From: Dehalococcoidia bacterium | GTDB lineage: Bacteria; Chloroflexota; Dehalococcoidia; Lucifugimonadales; UBA826 | Direction: 5' to 3' | Assembly (NCBI GenBank): GCA_045564655.1 | Contig: JBJLGX010000020.1 | Location: forward strand, 3,864 to 67,863 | DNA: 64,000 bases | Part shown: one piece after another, positions 54,033 through 62,978 of the stretch | Layout: each line of letters begins with the position of its first letter | How positions within the stretch are numbered: the first letter of the stretch is position 1 | Notes under the pieces: model-generated | Databases searched by the model: none | What the model saw: only the letters and a program-made list of their open reading frames with translations | Told to the model about the DNA's origin: nothing | Translations under genes and position numbers: made by a program

Positions 54033-54602
54033 TTATAATAATTTTATTTGTTGATTTAAATATCCAACACTGTCCATCCCTCTAAAAAGACCTTTATCAT
54101 CCATGCCAAACCCAACCAGCCAATAATCCTCTTCTATATCAAAACAATAGTATTCCGGATAAATATTAGATGCCCTTTTAGCTGTTTTATCTACTAAAAC
54201 CGCTATTTCTACATTTCCATTTGTAATATTCTTGATTAAATCTTTTATAATAGATAATGTGATTCCTGAATCAATTAAATCGTCTAATATGATTGTTGGG
54301 GATCCGTCTTTGAATTTTGATTCATAATCACTGATTTTCACTACTTCAGGTTTATTGGGATCATATGAATATTGGTACGAACTAGCGATCAGGGGGTTTA
54401 CTACCCATTTTCCTGGTGCTATAGACTCTAATTCAGTCATTAACTTTGAGGCGAACATCATTCCTCCAGTAATGACTGGTACTAAATTTATAACTGGTTC
54501 CCGATCCCACCTATTAACAATTGACTGAGCCATTTTTTTAATTTGGGTATCTATTGCACCAGAATCCCATAATATTTTTATATTATTAATTTCATCAGCC
54601 AT
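54033..54602 (-). CDS. hpt: Purine (hypoxanthine/guanine) phosphoribosyltransferase
   Basis: PRPP-binding motif TIILDDLIDSGITL and a type I PRTase fold of about 189 aa. Adjacent to the nucleoside importer. Confidence 0.7.
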   Translation of the reverse strand: MADEINNIKILWDSGAIDTQIKKMAQSIVNRWDREPVINLVPVITGGMMFASKLMTELESIAPGKWVVNPLIASSYQYSYDPNKPEVVKISDYESKFKDGSPTIILDDLIDSGITLSIIKDLIKNITNGNVEIAVLVDKTAKRASNIYPEYYCFDIEEDYWLVGFGMDDKGLFRGMDSVGYLNQQIKLL

Positions 54603-55548
54603 TTTTTTTGTATGTTATCCCTAAAGCTTGAGGTTGGTTTCCAAGAATTAAAATTCTAATAATCTTGGGGATCCCTAAACCAGAATTTTTATTTGCCGAT
54701 TGTATCAAAACTAAGGTTAGAATCATTAAAGGGAATGGAATCAAAGGTAATATTTGAGAAAACCCGATTGTTACAGATTGTAATTTTAAAGCTAAAACTT
54801 GGAGAGCTCCAAATCCATAAACCCCTATGGATCCTCTTATTGGATTCCATCCACCAAAAATAACTATTGCTAGAGCAATCCACCCATAATTTATTGTATG
54901 TCCTTCTGACCACCCATATTTAACGTGTAAACTAAATGCTGCTCCTCCGATACCGATCAATATACCTCCTAAAACTGCATATATCAATCTTGTTTTCATG
55001 ACATTAATCCCACGAGCATCTGCTGATGCAGGATTTTCCCCTACGGACCTAAGATTAATGCCCAATTGTGTTTTGAATAAGAAATACCAGGATAAGGGTA
55101 TTAGAAATATTGAAGATATTGTTAAGATGTTACTGTTGAAAATTATTGGCCCAATAAATGGTATGTCACTTAGATAAGGTACGGTTATTATATCTAGATA
55201 TGGACCGGGAATTCTTACGTATGATTGACCTAAATAACTACTTAGTTTCCATAATAAAATAGTTAGTATAAAACCTATAGCAATTTGATTTATCTGCAAT
55301 TGAAAATTTATTAGAACTATAAATAATGCTATTCCTCCACCGAGTAATCCGGCACAAATAATACCAATATAAGGTGAATTTGTAACTATTGTTGCTGCAA
55401 ACCCTGCTAAAGCAGTTATTAACAATGTTCCTTCCATAGATAAATTTACTATTCCAACTCTTTCAGATATTGTTTCACCTATTACGGCAAATATTAATGG
55501 GGAAGACATAGTCACGATTGTTAAAATTGTTGCTTCGTAAGTTTCCAT
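54595..55548 (-). CDS. ABC transporter permease (BMP/nucleoside uptake system, NupQ-like)
   Basis: About 8-9 TM segments, a branched-chain/sugar-type permease. 8-nt overlap with hpt and a 1-nt gap to the upstream permease. Confidence 0.8.
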   Translation of the reverse strand: METYEATILTIVTMSSPLIFAVIGETISERVGIVNLSMEGTLLITALAGFAATIVTNSPYIGIICAGLLGGGIALFIVLINFQLQINQIAIGFILTILLWKLSSYLGQSYVRIPGPYLDIITVPYLSDIPFIGPIIFNSNILTISSIFLIPLSWYFLFKTQLGINLRSVGENPASADARGINVMKTRLIYAVLGGILIGIGGAAFSLHVKYGWSEGHTINYGWIALAIVIFGGWNPIRGSIGVYGFGALQVLALKLQSVTIGFSQILPLIPFPLMILTLVLIQSANKNSGLGIPKIIRILILGNQPQALGITYKKNG

Positions 55549-55549
55549 T

Positions 55550-56587
55550 TCATTTATCTTTTAAAAAAATATATTTGGTAATCTTCGAATCGATATCACT
55601 AGCTCGTGTAATTAACCAAGAAATAACAAAAACAGATTCTATAATGTAGGGAAAACTAGAATCCATACCTAATCTCAGCTGAAGTTGCACTCCGCCAACC
55701 ATTATGCTTGCAAATACGAAACTTATCAACAGTACCGAATATAAATTTCTACCTGCAATTAAAGCAATTAAAATACCTAGGAATCCATATCCTCCCGATA
55801 TATTTGGAACAAGTTTATGATATATACCTGTAGCTTGAATTGATCCTGCCATACCACCTACTGCTCCGGCTATTATGAAAGCATAAGCTATGTAGTGGAT
55901 TGAATTTATTTTAAATTTATCAGTTGCATTTTTATTAGAACCAGTAGCTATTAACTTTAACCCCAAGGATGTTTTGGTTAGTAAAAAAGCTAAAAGTATA
56001 AATACAATAAACATGATTAATAGAGGAAATATTGGGAAATTAGAATTTCCTATGTGAGGCATCCATGAGGCTTCAGGAAACAGATCTGTTCCTCCAGTAG
56101 AAGCTATACCTTCCCTTTTCCATGGTCCAATTACTAAGTACACAATTAATCCTGCAGCAAGGAAATCTAGGCCTAAACCTCCAAATATTTCATGAACGTT
56201 AAATTTAGTTTTCAATATTGCTGATAGAAATCCTAGGAATCCTCCAAATGCAGCTCCTGACAATACTGTTATGAAGGGAGCTATAGTTAAATCTCCCATA
56301 AATGATCTTGCTATGAATGTTGCTCCAATAGCTCCAAATAGGACTTGTCCTTCAATACCTATATTCCATAGACCAGTTGAAAAAGTTATTACAAGTGCTA
56401 ATCCAGTTAAAGCCATTATTGATGTGATGAGCATGGTTCTCGATAATTTATCGATATTGCCAAAAGCCCCATTAAATAATGCCTTGTATATGTCTAATGG
56501 AGATGAGTTTAGTATAAATAAAACTATTGTTACAACTAATATAGAGATTAGGATGGTGATAATATTTTTAACTATATTTTGATACAT
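55550..56587 (-). CDS. ABC transporter permease (BMP/nucleoside uptake system, NupP-like)
   Basis: Multi-TM permease with a WNIGIEGQ motif, located in the operon. Confidence 0.8.
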   Translation of the reverse strand: MYQNIVKNIITILISILVVTIVLFILNSSPLDIYKALFNGAFGNIDKLSRTMLITSIMALTGLALVITFSTGLWNIGIEGQVLFGAIGATFIARSFMGDLTIAPFITVLSGAAFGGFLGFLSAILKTKFNVHEIFGGLGLDFLAAGLIVYLVIGPWKREGIASTGGTDLFPEASWMPHIGNSNFPIFPLLIMFIVFILLAFLLTKTSLGLKLIATGSNKNATDKFKINSIHYIAYAFIIAGAVGGMAGSIQATGIYHKLVPNISGGYGFLGILIALIAGRNLYSVLLISFVFASIMVGGVQLQLRLGMDSSFPYIIESVFVISWLITRASDIDSKITKYIFLKDK

Positions 56588-56591
56588 ATAT

Positions 56592-58034
56592 TTAATTGCC
56601 AGATATTTTTTGCATAGTGATATCTTTTGTCAAAGATTCAGGATACCCATGCCTTACAATTGTGTTGTTAAAAAAACAAATTATGTATTCAGAGTATTCG
56701 TATATTTCGTCAATATCAGTAGAAGAAAATATAGTTAGCATTTTGTGTTCTTTTGTACTTAATAAGTTTCCCCATATATAATTTGCAGATTGTATATCTA
56801 ATCCTCTTGTGGGTTGTTCCAACAGTAACAATTCAGTATTTTCTGTAATTAGTGACAACATAAGTCTTTGTTGGTTGCCCCCTGATAGCGTTTTAGCGAC
56901 TGAATTCGGAGCACCGACGATGCCAAATTTATTTATTAATTTTTGGCTTAATTTTTCCATTTCACCCCAGTCAACAGTTTTATTTTCATTATATGCGAGA
57001 GCGATATGTTCACAAATTGTCATGTCAGGAAACAAACCTCTTTCAAGCCTGTCTGAAGGGACATAAGTAATATTTTGGTTATTAAAATATGGTTTACCAG
57101 ATATAATTATTTTTTTAGGATCATTTTGAAAATTTTGGATAAATTTATCTGCTCCGGATCCTTGAAGTCCTGCAACGCCTAGGATAATTTTTTGAGGCAC
57201 TTCAATTGAAGTGTTTTTTTCAGATATAGTATTTTGAGATTTGTGACTGAAATCAGATATATCAATGCTGATTTTTAAATCTTTTTGTGTTTTATTAGTA
57301 GTTGAGTTTTTATGTGGAGACATATCTTGGGTTCCAAACATCAAATTTGTTAAAACTTGAGGTTTGGTTGGTAAATCAATGGAATCCAGTACTTTTCCTT
57401 GTTGCATAATTGTAGCTCTCGAACATATTTCTAAGATTTCTTCAATTTTGTGAGAAACTAAAATAATTGTGAATCCTTTTTCAGAAAGTATTTTTAATGT
57501 TTTAAATACTTTTCTTTTTTGTTCTAATGAAAATCCGCTTGTGGGTTCATCTAATATAATTACTTTTGTTCCCTTATCAAGGAGACGTATTAATTCTATT
57601 TGTTGGCGTTCCCCAACTGATAAATTTTTCACTAAGGAATTTAGATTTATATTCCAGTCAAATTGATTTAAGTATTTATTTATATTTTTTGAGATTTTAT
57701 TTTTTGAGAATATAAATGAAGGAGAAGGATGGCCTGTAACAAAACTTTCCAATACAGTAAAATTGCTGAAATCTAAAGGGTCTTGGCCTAATATACCAAT
57801 GCCTTTTTCATTTGCTTCATGTGTGGAACCTAATTCTAGAGGAGATTCATTTAACTCAATTGAACCACTATCCGGCAAAATTTGACCTGATAATATTTTA
57901 ATTAATGTTGACTTTCCTGCCCCGTTTTCACCTATTAAAGCATGTATAGTCCCTGATTCAATAGTGAAATTTATTTCTTGGTTAGCTTTTATAGTTTGAA
58001 ACGATTTTGAAATATTTTTGAATTCTATTTTCAT
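56592..58034 (-). CDS. ABC transporter ATP-binding protein, duplicated ATPase
   Basis: Walker A GENGAGKST, signatures LSVGERQQ and LSGGNQQR, Walker B ILDEPT / LLLEQPT. Start moved to the Met at 58034 (MKIEFKNISKSF) because the track extension runs through a terminator hairpin. Confidence 0.85.
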   Translation of the reverse strand: MKIEFKNISKSFQTIKANQEINFTIESGTIHALIGENGAGKSTLIKILSGQILPDSGSIELNESPLELGSTHEANEKGIGILGQDPLDFSNFTVLESFVTGHPSPSFIFSKNKISKNINKYLNQFDWNINLNSLVKNLSVGERQQIELIRLLDKGTKVIILDEPTSGFSLEQKRKVFKTLKILSEKGFTIILVSHKIEEILEICSRATIMQQGKVLDSIDLPTKPQVLTNLMFGTQDMSPHKNSTTNKTQKDLKISIDISDFSHKSQNTISEKNTSIEVPQKIILGVAGLQGSGADKFIQNFQNDPKKIIISGKPYFNNQNITYVPSDRLERGLFPDMTICEHIALAYNENKTVDWGEMEKLSQKLINKFGIVGAPNSVAKTLSGGNQQRLMLSLITENTELLLLEQPTRGLDIQSANYIWGNLLSTKEHKMLTIFSSTDIDEIYEYSEYIICFFNNTIVRHGYPESLTKDITMQKISGN

Positions 58035-58051
58035 AGTTATTTTATTGAAGT

Positions 58052-58081
58052 AAAAAAGGCGATTACGCAATCGCCTTTTTT
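58052..58081 (-). terminator. Intra-operon rho-independent hairpin after the substrate-binding-protein gene
   Basis: AAGGCGATT-gcgt-AATCGCCTT with flanking A- and T-runs on both sides. It lies 19 nt after the BMP gene stop. Confidence 0.6.
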
Positions 58082-58099
58082 ACTTGGTATCGCAATAGA

Positions 58100-59317
58100 T
58101 TAATTACTACCGCTGTCCCCGGACATACCTTCCAGTAATTGAGAGGTATACCAAATTTCGTATAATGAAGCTGTTTCACCACCAGCAACATATGTAGAAC
58201 CATCTTGGAAATTTAAAGGTCCTGAGAATATGTTAGCAATGTTACCTGATAAATCTTTAGCTGTAGATTCAATTCGTTTTTTAGATTCGTTTGACAAAGC
58301 GTCACCATATTTAAATCCGATCATTGAGTCACTGGTCGTTTCACCATTTTTTATTTCTGGAACTACCCAATCAAATGTTGCAGAGAAGGAGTCGTTTCCT
58401 ACTGATTTAGCAATATTAGTGTATGAAGGTCCCCAGTTGAAATATGGGACTCCTAAACATACTGTAGGCGCTTGGTCGCAAGAATTTTCATAATCATATC
58501 CGACTACTAATACATCTTCTCCAGCTGCAGCTCTTTGGTCAGTTACTATTAAGGCTTCAGGAGTATCAATATGTGATATGACGACATCTACACCAGAGTC
58601 GTAAAAATCGTTTACAACAGTTGTAGGGTCGAGAGTTACACCGGGTATATGAAACCAGAATCCTATCCAAGTAACTTCAAAACTTAAGTCAGATTGACTG
58701 TTTCCTTTGTCGGCCCAACAATCCCTTGCTCCTAAATAGGCAGCATTTGCTAGTCTTCTTGTTTCATCATTAATCAATGGTCCGAGAAATCCTATATTTC
58801 CTGATTTTGATTCAGATGCAGCCGCACAGCCAGCCATATATTTACCAAATTCCATTTGGCCCATTATATTACCCATATTGGCTAGTTCGGGCTTATGTGC
58901 TTTTCCGTCTGCCCATGCGCTATCTCCTGAGGACCAAATCATAGGTACATTAGGATTAGATTTTGCTGCAGCAAGTATACCGTCTTTCATATCATCTGAA
59001 GTTGCAAATATTAACTCAGCACCTTGCGAGATCATATCAGATGCCACTTGTTCAACTGTAGTATTGGGGGAATCAGCTGGATTTATCAAATCTGCTACTA
59101 TCATCTCAGCACCAATAGTATCAACGATATGTTGGCCACCTTCAAAGTGCGCTTGGGACCAACCTTTATCATCTCTTGGCCCTACTAGAATCATTCCAAA
59201 TTTTTTAATTGATTCTCCATCTGATGATGCATTTGATTCATCATCAGAATCACACGCAGGCAAAATAAAAGCGAATAATAATAAACTAGATATGAATAAA
59301 AGTAGTTTTGTTTGCAT
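58100..59317 (-). CDS. BMP-family (PnrA/Med-like) ABC substrate-binding lipoprotein, probable nucleoside-binding
   Basis: Lipobox LLFAFILPAC, an acidic linker, KFGMILVGPRDDKGWSQAH, GNIGFLGP. Confidence 0.85.
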   Translation of the reverse strand: MQTKLLLFISSLLLFAFILPACDSDDESNASSDGESIKKFGMILVGPRDDKGWSQAHFEGGQHIVDTIGAEMIVADLINPADSPNTTVEQVASDMISQGAELIFATSDDMKDGILAAAKSNPNVPMIWSSGDSAWADGKAHKPELANMGNIMGQMEFGKYMAGCAAASESKSGNIGFLGPLINDETRRLANAAYLGARDCWADKGNSQSDLSFEVTWIGFWFHIPGVTLDPTTVVNDFYDSGVDVVISHIDTPEALIVTDQRAAAGEDVLVVGYDYENSCDQAPTVCLGVPYFNWGPSYTNIAKSVGNDSFSATFDWVVPEIKNGETTSDSMIGFKYGDALSNESKKRIESTAKDLSGNIANIFSGPLNFQDGSTYVAGGETASLYEIWYTSQLLEGMSGDSGSN

Positions 59318-59443
59318 AGTAAATACGACCTTATGAATGAATAATTTATTTTACACCGCTAATGTATAGCATCTTCCAACAATAAATCAACCTGTTTTTT
59401 AGGATGCTGATAAAAGTTAACAAAATTGTAAAGAATTTAGCGT

Positions 59444-59704
59444 TTAAGGTGTTACAGATTCATGCCTGTAATATATTCCCCATTTCTGCATTAAGTGTTC
59501 TATATTTTTGTCATCTAGGTTAGTTAAGTCGTTTAAAAAACCAGCTATAGAGTGATTGTGAATGGAATCTTTTTTACAAACCCAATTTGATTCTGATGAA
59601 ACGATATACATTGTCGCATTGTGGTGGTCGCAAGATAATTTTATTCTATTACCGCTTTCTCCAATATGCATGTCGGATCCAAATGAGAATTCTTGATTGT
59701 CCAT
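59444..59704 (-). CDS. Hypothetical protein (86 aa)
   Basis: Intact isolated ORF, His/Cys-containing (SCDHHN, CKKDSIHNH). No family recognised. Confidence 0.35.
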   Translation of the reverse strand: MDNQEFSFGSDMHIGESGNRIKLSCDHHNATMYIVSSESNWVCKKDSIHNHSIAGFLNDLTNLDDKNIEHLMQKWGIYYRHESVTP

Positions 59705-59805
59705 ATTTTAGTCCTAATGGTATGGTTTAATGATGTTTTCTTGATAAATATATAACTACATTTTATATCAAACACTTTATTTATTATTAATTTAGGAGGA
59801 TTTCC

Positions 59806-60447
59806 ATGAATCCTTATTTTTCGAATGATATTTTTAGCATATATCGCTTTAAATCTGGCCCATATGATAATAATGCTTATTTGATTGTTTGTGCTGATAC
59901 TAATGATAGTTTAATTATTGATACACCTGATGAGCCTAATCAATTAGTAGAATTTGCATCTAAAACTAATGTAAAAATGATCGTGATAACTCATAATCAT
60001 TTTGATCATTTGTTAGGATTTGATAATGTTATTGATGTAATTAAAGCCCCAGTTGCAATAGGTTATCCTGATGCAAATAAACTTCCGCAGAATGCAGACG
60101 TTTTACTCTATGGAGATGAGAAGATCGAAATAGGTAATCTTACCGTGAAGTCAATATTTACTCCAGGGCATACAGATGGGTCAATCTGTTTAAAGTTAGC
60201 TTCTCATCTGTTTACTGGAGACACGTTATTCCCAGGAGGACCAGGTAAATCTAGGTCCCCAGAAGCTTTTAAAGAATTGATTGATAGCATAACTTCTAAA
60301 TTATTTAATTTGTCTGGTGATATCAGATTTTATCCGGGTCATGGTGAAGATGACATCCTTGCTAATGCTAAATCTGAATTTAATATTTTTTCCTCCAATA
60401 AACACTCAGATGATTTGTTTGGAGATGTTGAATGGTTAAGTTCGTAA
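59806..60447 (+). CDS. MBL-fold metallo-hydrolase (glyoxalase II-like)
   Basis: ITHNHFDH (HxHxDH), TPGHTDGS, GDTLF, PGHG. AGGAGG RBS. Confidence 0.85.
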   Translation: MNPYFSNDIFSIYRFKSGPYDNNAYLIVCADTNDSLIIDTPDEPNQLVEFASKTNVKMIVITHNHFDHLLGFDNVIDVIKAPVAIGYPDANKLPQNADVLLYGDEKIEIGNLTVKSIFTPGHTDGSICLKLASHLFTGDTLFPGGPGKSRSPEAFKELIDSITSKLFNLSGDIRFYPGHGEDDILANAKSEFNIFSSNKHSDDLFGDVEWLSS

Positions 60448-60462
60448 ACTTAGGTTATTTGA

Positions 60463-61152
60463 ATGGGCACACAAGGGGAAATACATACTTTTCGTTTTAG
60501 GTATGTTCTGAGCGGTCTTTTTATTCTTTTAGTAACTTATTTAAATATAATGCTGATCAAATTCTTATTTGACCTTGGTTTTTTCTCTGAACACGTAAAG
60601 TCTTTTTTTATTCCATGGGTTATAGCTCTTCCACAAGTTTTGTTGGGAATTTTTGTCTTATATGGAATAAAAACAGGTAGATTGCCTCATAAGATTATAA
60701 ATTTTAGAAAACCTTCAGGGCTCCAAATGCTTCTTTCTGTATTTGTGGTATCAATTAATTTTATCTTTATATATGTATATTTAATTATTGTGACAGATTT
60801 AGGAATAAATATTATAGTGCCTTCCCTAGTCCCTTCAGATATTTTAGGTTATGGGATAGTGGTTTATATAAATCTATTCACTATTTGTTTATTTGTTCCA
60901 ATGATAGAAGAGTTTTTTTTTAGAGGATTTCTTTTAAACGCTTTTATACGAAAAATGAAATTTATTTATGCTGTCTTTATCTCTTCTGGCATTTTTGCAA
61001 TTATGCACGGGTCAATTGGGTTTTGGGTACCTGTGTTTTTTAGCTCTGTGATGATATCTTTTTTGTACTATAAAACTAAAACAATATGGGCTCCTATAAT
61101 AGTGCATTCATTACAGAATTTAATTGTTCTTATGGTTGCATCAGCGGCGTAA
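60463..61152 (+). CDS. CPBP-family intramembrane glutamic endopeptidase (CAAX protease-like)
   Basis: EEFFFRGFL, FAIMHG, and the HSLQN motifs, in a multi-TM protein. Confidence 0.8.
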   Translation: MGTQGEIHTFRFRYVLSGLFILLVTYLNIMLIKFLFDLGFFSEHVKSFFIPWVIALPQVLLGIFVLYGIKTGRLPHKIINFRKPSGLQMLLSVFVVSINFIFIYVYLIIVTDLGINIIVPSLVPSDILGYGIVVYINLFTICLFVPMIEEFFFRGFLLNAFIRKMKFIYAVFISSGIFAIMHGSIGFWVPVFFSSVMISFLYYKTKTIWAPIIVHSLQNLIVLMVASAA

Positions 61153-61224
61153 TTTTAATGTAGACACTAATAGTAATATGATAATGTGATAAGGTCATTT
61201 AATTTTTAGATAAGGGATATATTT

Positions 61225-62013
61225 GTGGTAAATAGAATTGATAAAAAATTAGCATCATTGAAATCAGATGGGAAACCGGCTCTGGTACCTTATCTTACAG
61301 TTGGATATCCAACTGTTTCTTCATCGTATGAAATAGCACAGGCCTTATTGAATTCGGGTGCGGATATGCTTGAACTAGGTATTCCTTTTAGTGATCCTCT
61401 TGCTGATGGACCTATTATTCAAATGACAAGCTTTAAAGCTTTAGAAAATGGAGTCAATATTGAAGTTGCGTTTGAAGTTGCTCGGAAATTACGGATTAAA
61501 AATCATGAGTCTCCTCTGATATTTATGGGATATTTCAACCCGTTTTTGAGTTATGGGATTCCTGAATTTATGATTAAAGCTTCTTCTGTAGGGATAGATG
61601 GAATTATAATTCCTGATTTACCCTCTGAAGAGTCTAAAGGACTTGCGAAGGAATGTGAAAAACATGGAATTCATCTTATTCCTCTATTAGCTCCTACCAG
61701 TACAGAAGACCGTATTGCATCAGCTTGCGCTACTGCAGGAGGGTTTATATATTGTGTAAGCTTGACAGGTGTAACTGGTGCAAAAAATAAAATGTCGCAA
61801 AATGTTGTAAGTTTGGTAGATGATATAAGGAAACATACAGAGTTACCTGTTTTGGTAGGATTTGGGATTTCTAGTAAAGTAGATATTCAGCAAATTGCTG
61901 ATTTTGCTGATGGTGCAATTGTTGGGAGCGCTTTATTAGATGTTATAACTAACGCTGATGATAATACGGAAGTTGCCGAAGCAAGTAAATTTATTAAAGG
62001 ATTAGTTTTATAG
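61225..62013 (+). CDS. trpA: Tryptophan synthase alpha subunit
   Basis: LELGIPFSDPLADGPIIQ, GFGIS, GAIVGSA. GTG start. No trpB is adjacent. Confidence 0.9.
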   Translation: MVNRIDKKLASLKSDGKPALVPYLTVGYPTVSSSYEIAQALLNSGADMLELGIPFSDPLADGPIIQMTSFKALENGVNIEVAFEVARKLRIKNHESPLIFMGYFNPFLSYGIPEFMIKASSVGIDGIIIPDLPSEESKGLAKECEKHGIHLIPLLAPTSTEDRIASACATAGGFIYCVSLTGVTGAKNKMSQNVVSLVDDIRKHTELPVLVGFGISSKVDIQQIADFADGAIVGSALLDVITNADDNTEVAEASKFIKGLVL

Positions 62014-62027
62014 GTTGAAAGATATAA

Positions 62028-62402
62028 ATGAGTAACGTAAGAGCAATAAGAGGGGCAACAACAGCTGATAAGAATTCAGAGGATTCAATTGTCGACGCTA
62101 CAGTTGAATTGCTATTGGAATTAATTGATGCTAATAATCTAAATGATTCAGATGTAATAAGTGCTTTTTTCACTACTACTTCTGACTTGAATGCTCAATT
62201 CCCTGCAGTAGCAGCTCGTAAAATTGGCTGGCTGGATGTTGCATTAATGTGTGCTCATGAGATATCGGTTCCCGGAAGTCAGGATAGATGTATTAGAGTG
62301 ATGATACATATAAATTCCGATAGATTAGTATCGCAAATAAAAAATATATATTTAAAAGAGGCTGCTAATTTAAGGCAGCATGGATCTGAAGGTTCTGGTT
62401 AA
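62028..62402 (+). CDS. aroH: Chorismate mutase, AroH class
   Basis: VRAIRGATT at the N-terminus, a length of about 120 aa, and C.RVM.H. Confidence 0.85.
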   Translation: MSNVRAIRGATTADKNSEDSIVDATVELLLELIDANNLNDSDVISAFFTTTSDLNAQFPAVAARKIGWLDVALMCAHEISVPGSQDRCIRVMIHINSDRLVSQIKNIYLKEAANLRQHGSEGSG

Positions 62403-62773
62403 CTTGTTGGATGCTGTAATAGTTGAATTATATTTTTATCAGGATCAAAAAAGGAAGCTACAATACCTCCCCACTTTTCTTTTTCAGGATTCCGAATAAT
62501 TTCTACGTTTTTTGACTTTAAACGTTCTATTTCAGTGTGAATATCATCTACATTGAAATTAATCATTATCCTGTATGGATCACCTGATATGCCGGATACT
62601 TCTGGATGTTTTCCTATACTGAATTTAAATGTTTCTTCACCTAATGACCATGAATAAACTACATAGTTAGATTTTATAGAATGCGGAGTTAAACCTAAGG
62701 TATCTGTATAAAATTCAGATAGTCTTGGTAAATTGTCAGTCCACAAAATGATTCCTGAGACATTATTTATCAT
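62399..62773 (-). CDS. VOC/glyoxalase-bleomycin-resistance family protein
   Basis: About 124 aa with paired beta-alpha-beta-beta-beta modules (ILWTDNL..SEFY...LGL ... ASFFDPDKNIIQL). Confidence 0.75.
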   Translation of the reverse strand: MINNVSGIILWTDNLPRLSEFYTDTLGLTPHSIKSNYVVYSWSLGEETFKFSIGKHPEVSGISGDPYRIMINFNVDDIHTEIERLKSKNVEIIRNPEKEKWGGIVASFFDPDKNIIQLLQHPTS

Positions 62774-62949
62774 TTTACAACTCTACTTTTGCTAGACGGT
62801 ATACATTTAAGTTTATAATATATATTAAAGGCAAAGTGGGAATGGATATATGAATTCAGATGGCCTTATTAGGAGGTAAGTTAAAATTGGATTATTATAG
62901 TAGGAGGCTAACCGAGTAGGTGTTCTTTGGGGCGCCTCTACAAAAACTT

Positions 62950-62977
62950 AGATCTTCCTAGCTCGCTAGGAAGATCT
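62950..62977. terminator. Strong hairpin terminator (12-bp perfect stem)
   Basis: AGATCTTCCTAG-ctcg-CTAGGAAGATCT begins 2 nt after the stop of the phosphotriesterase-like gene on the minus strand. T-rich sequence flanks both sides. Confidence 0.7.
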
Positions 62978-62978
62978 T

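Noticed and set aside
58035..58070. 12-codon N-terminal extension of the ABC ATPase
   Set aside because: It runs through the terminator hairpin at 58052-58081. MKIEFKNISKSF at 58034 is the canonical ABC ATPase start.
59318..59443. Possible purine riboswitch in the 5' leader of the nucleoside ABC operon
   Set aside because: The leader lacks the conserved purine-riboswitch junction and loop sequences. Only a weak 6-bp stem with a 30-nt loop is present.
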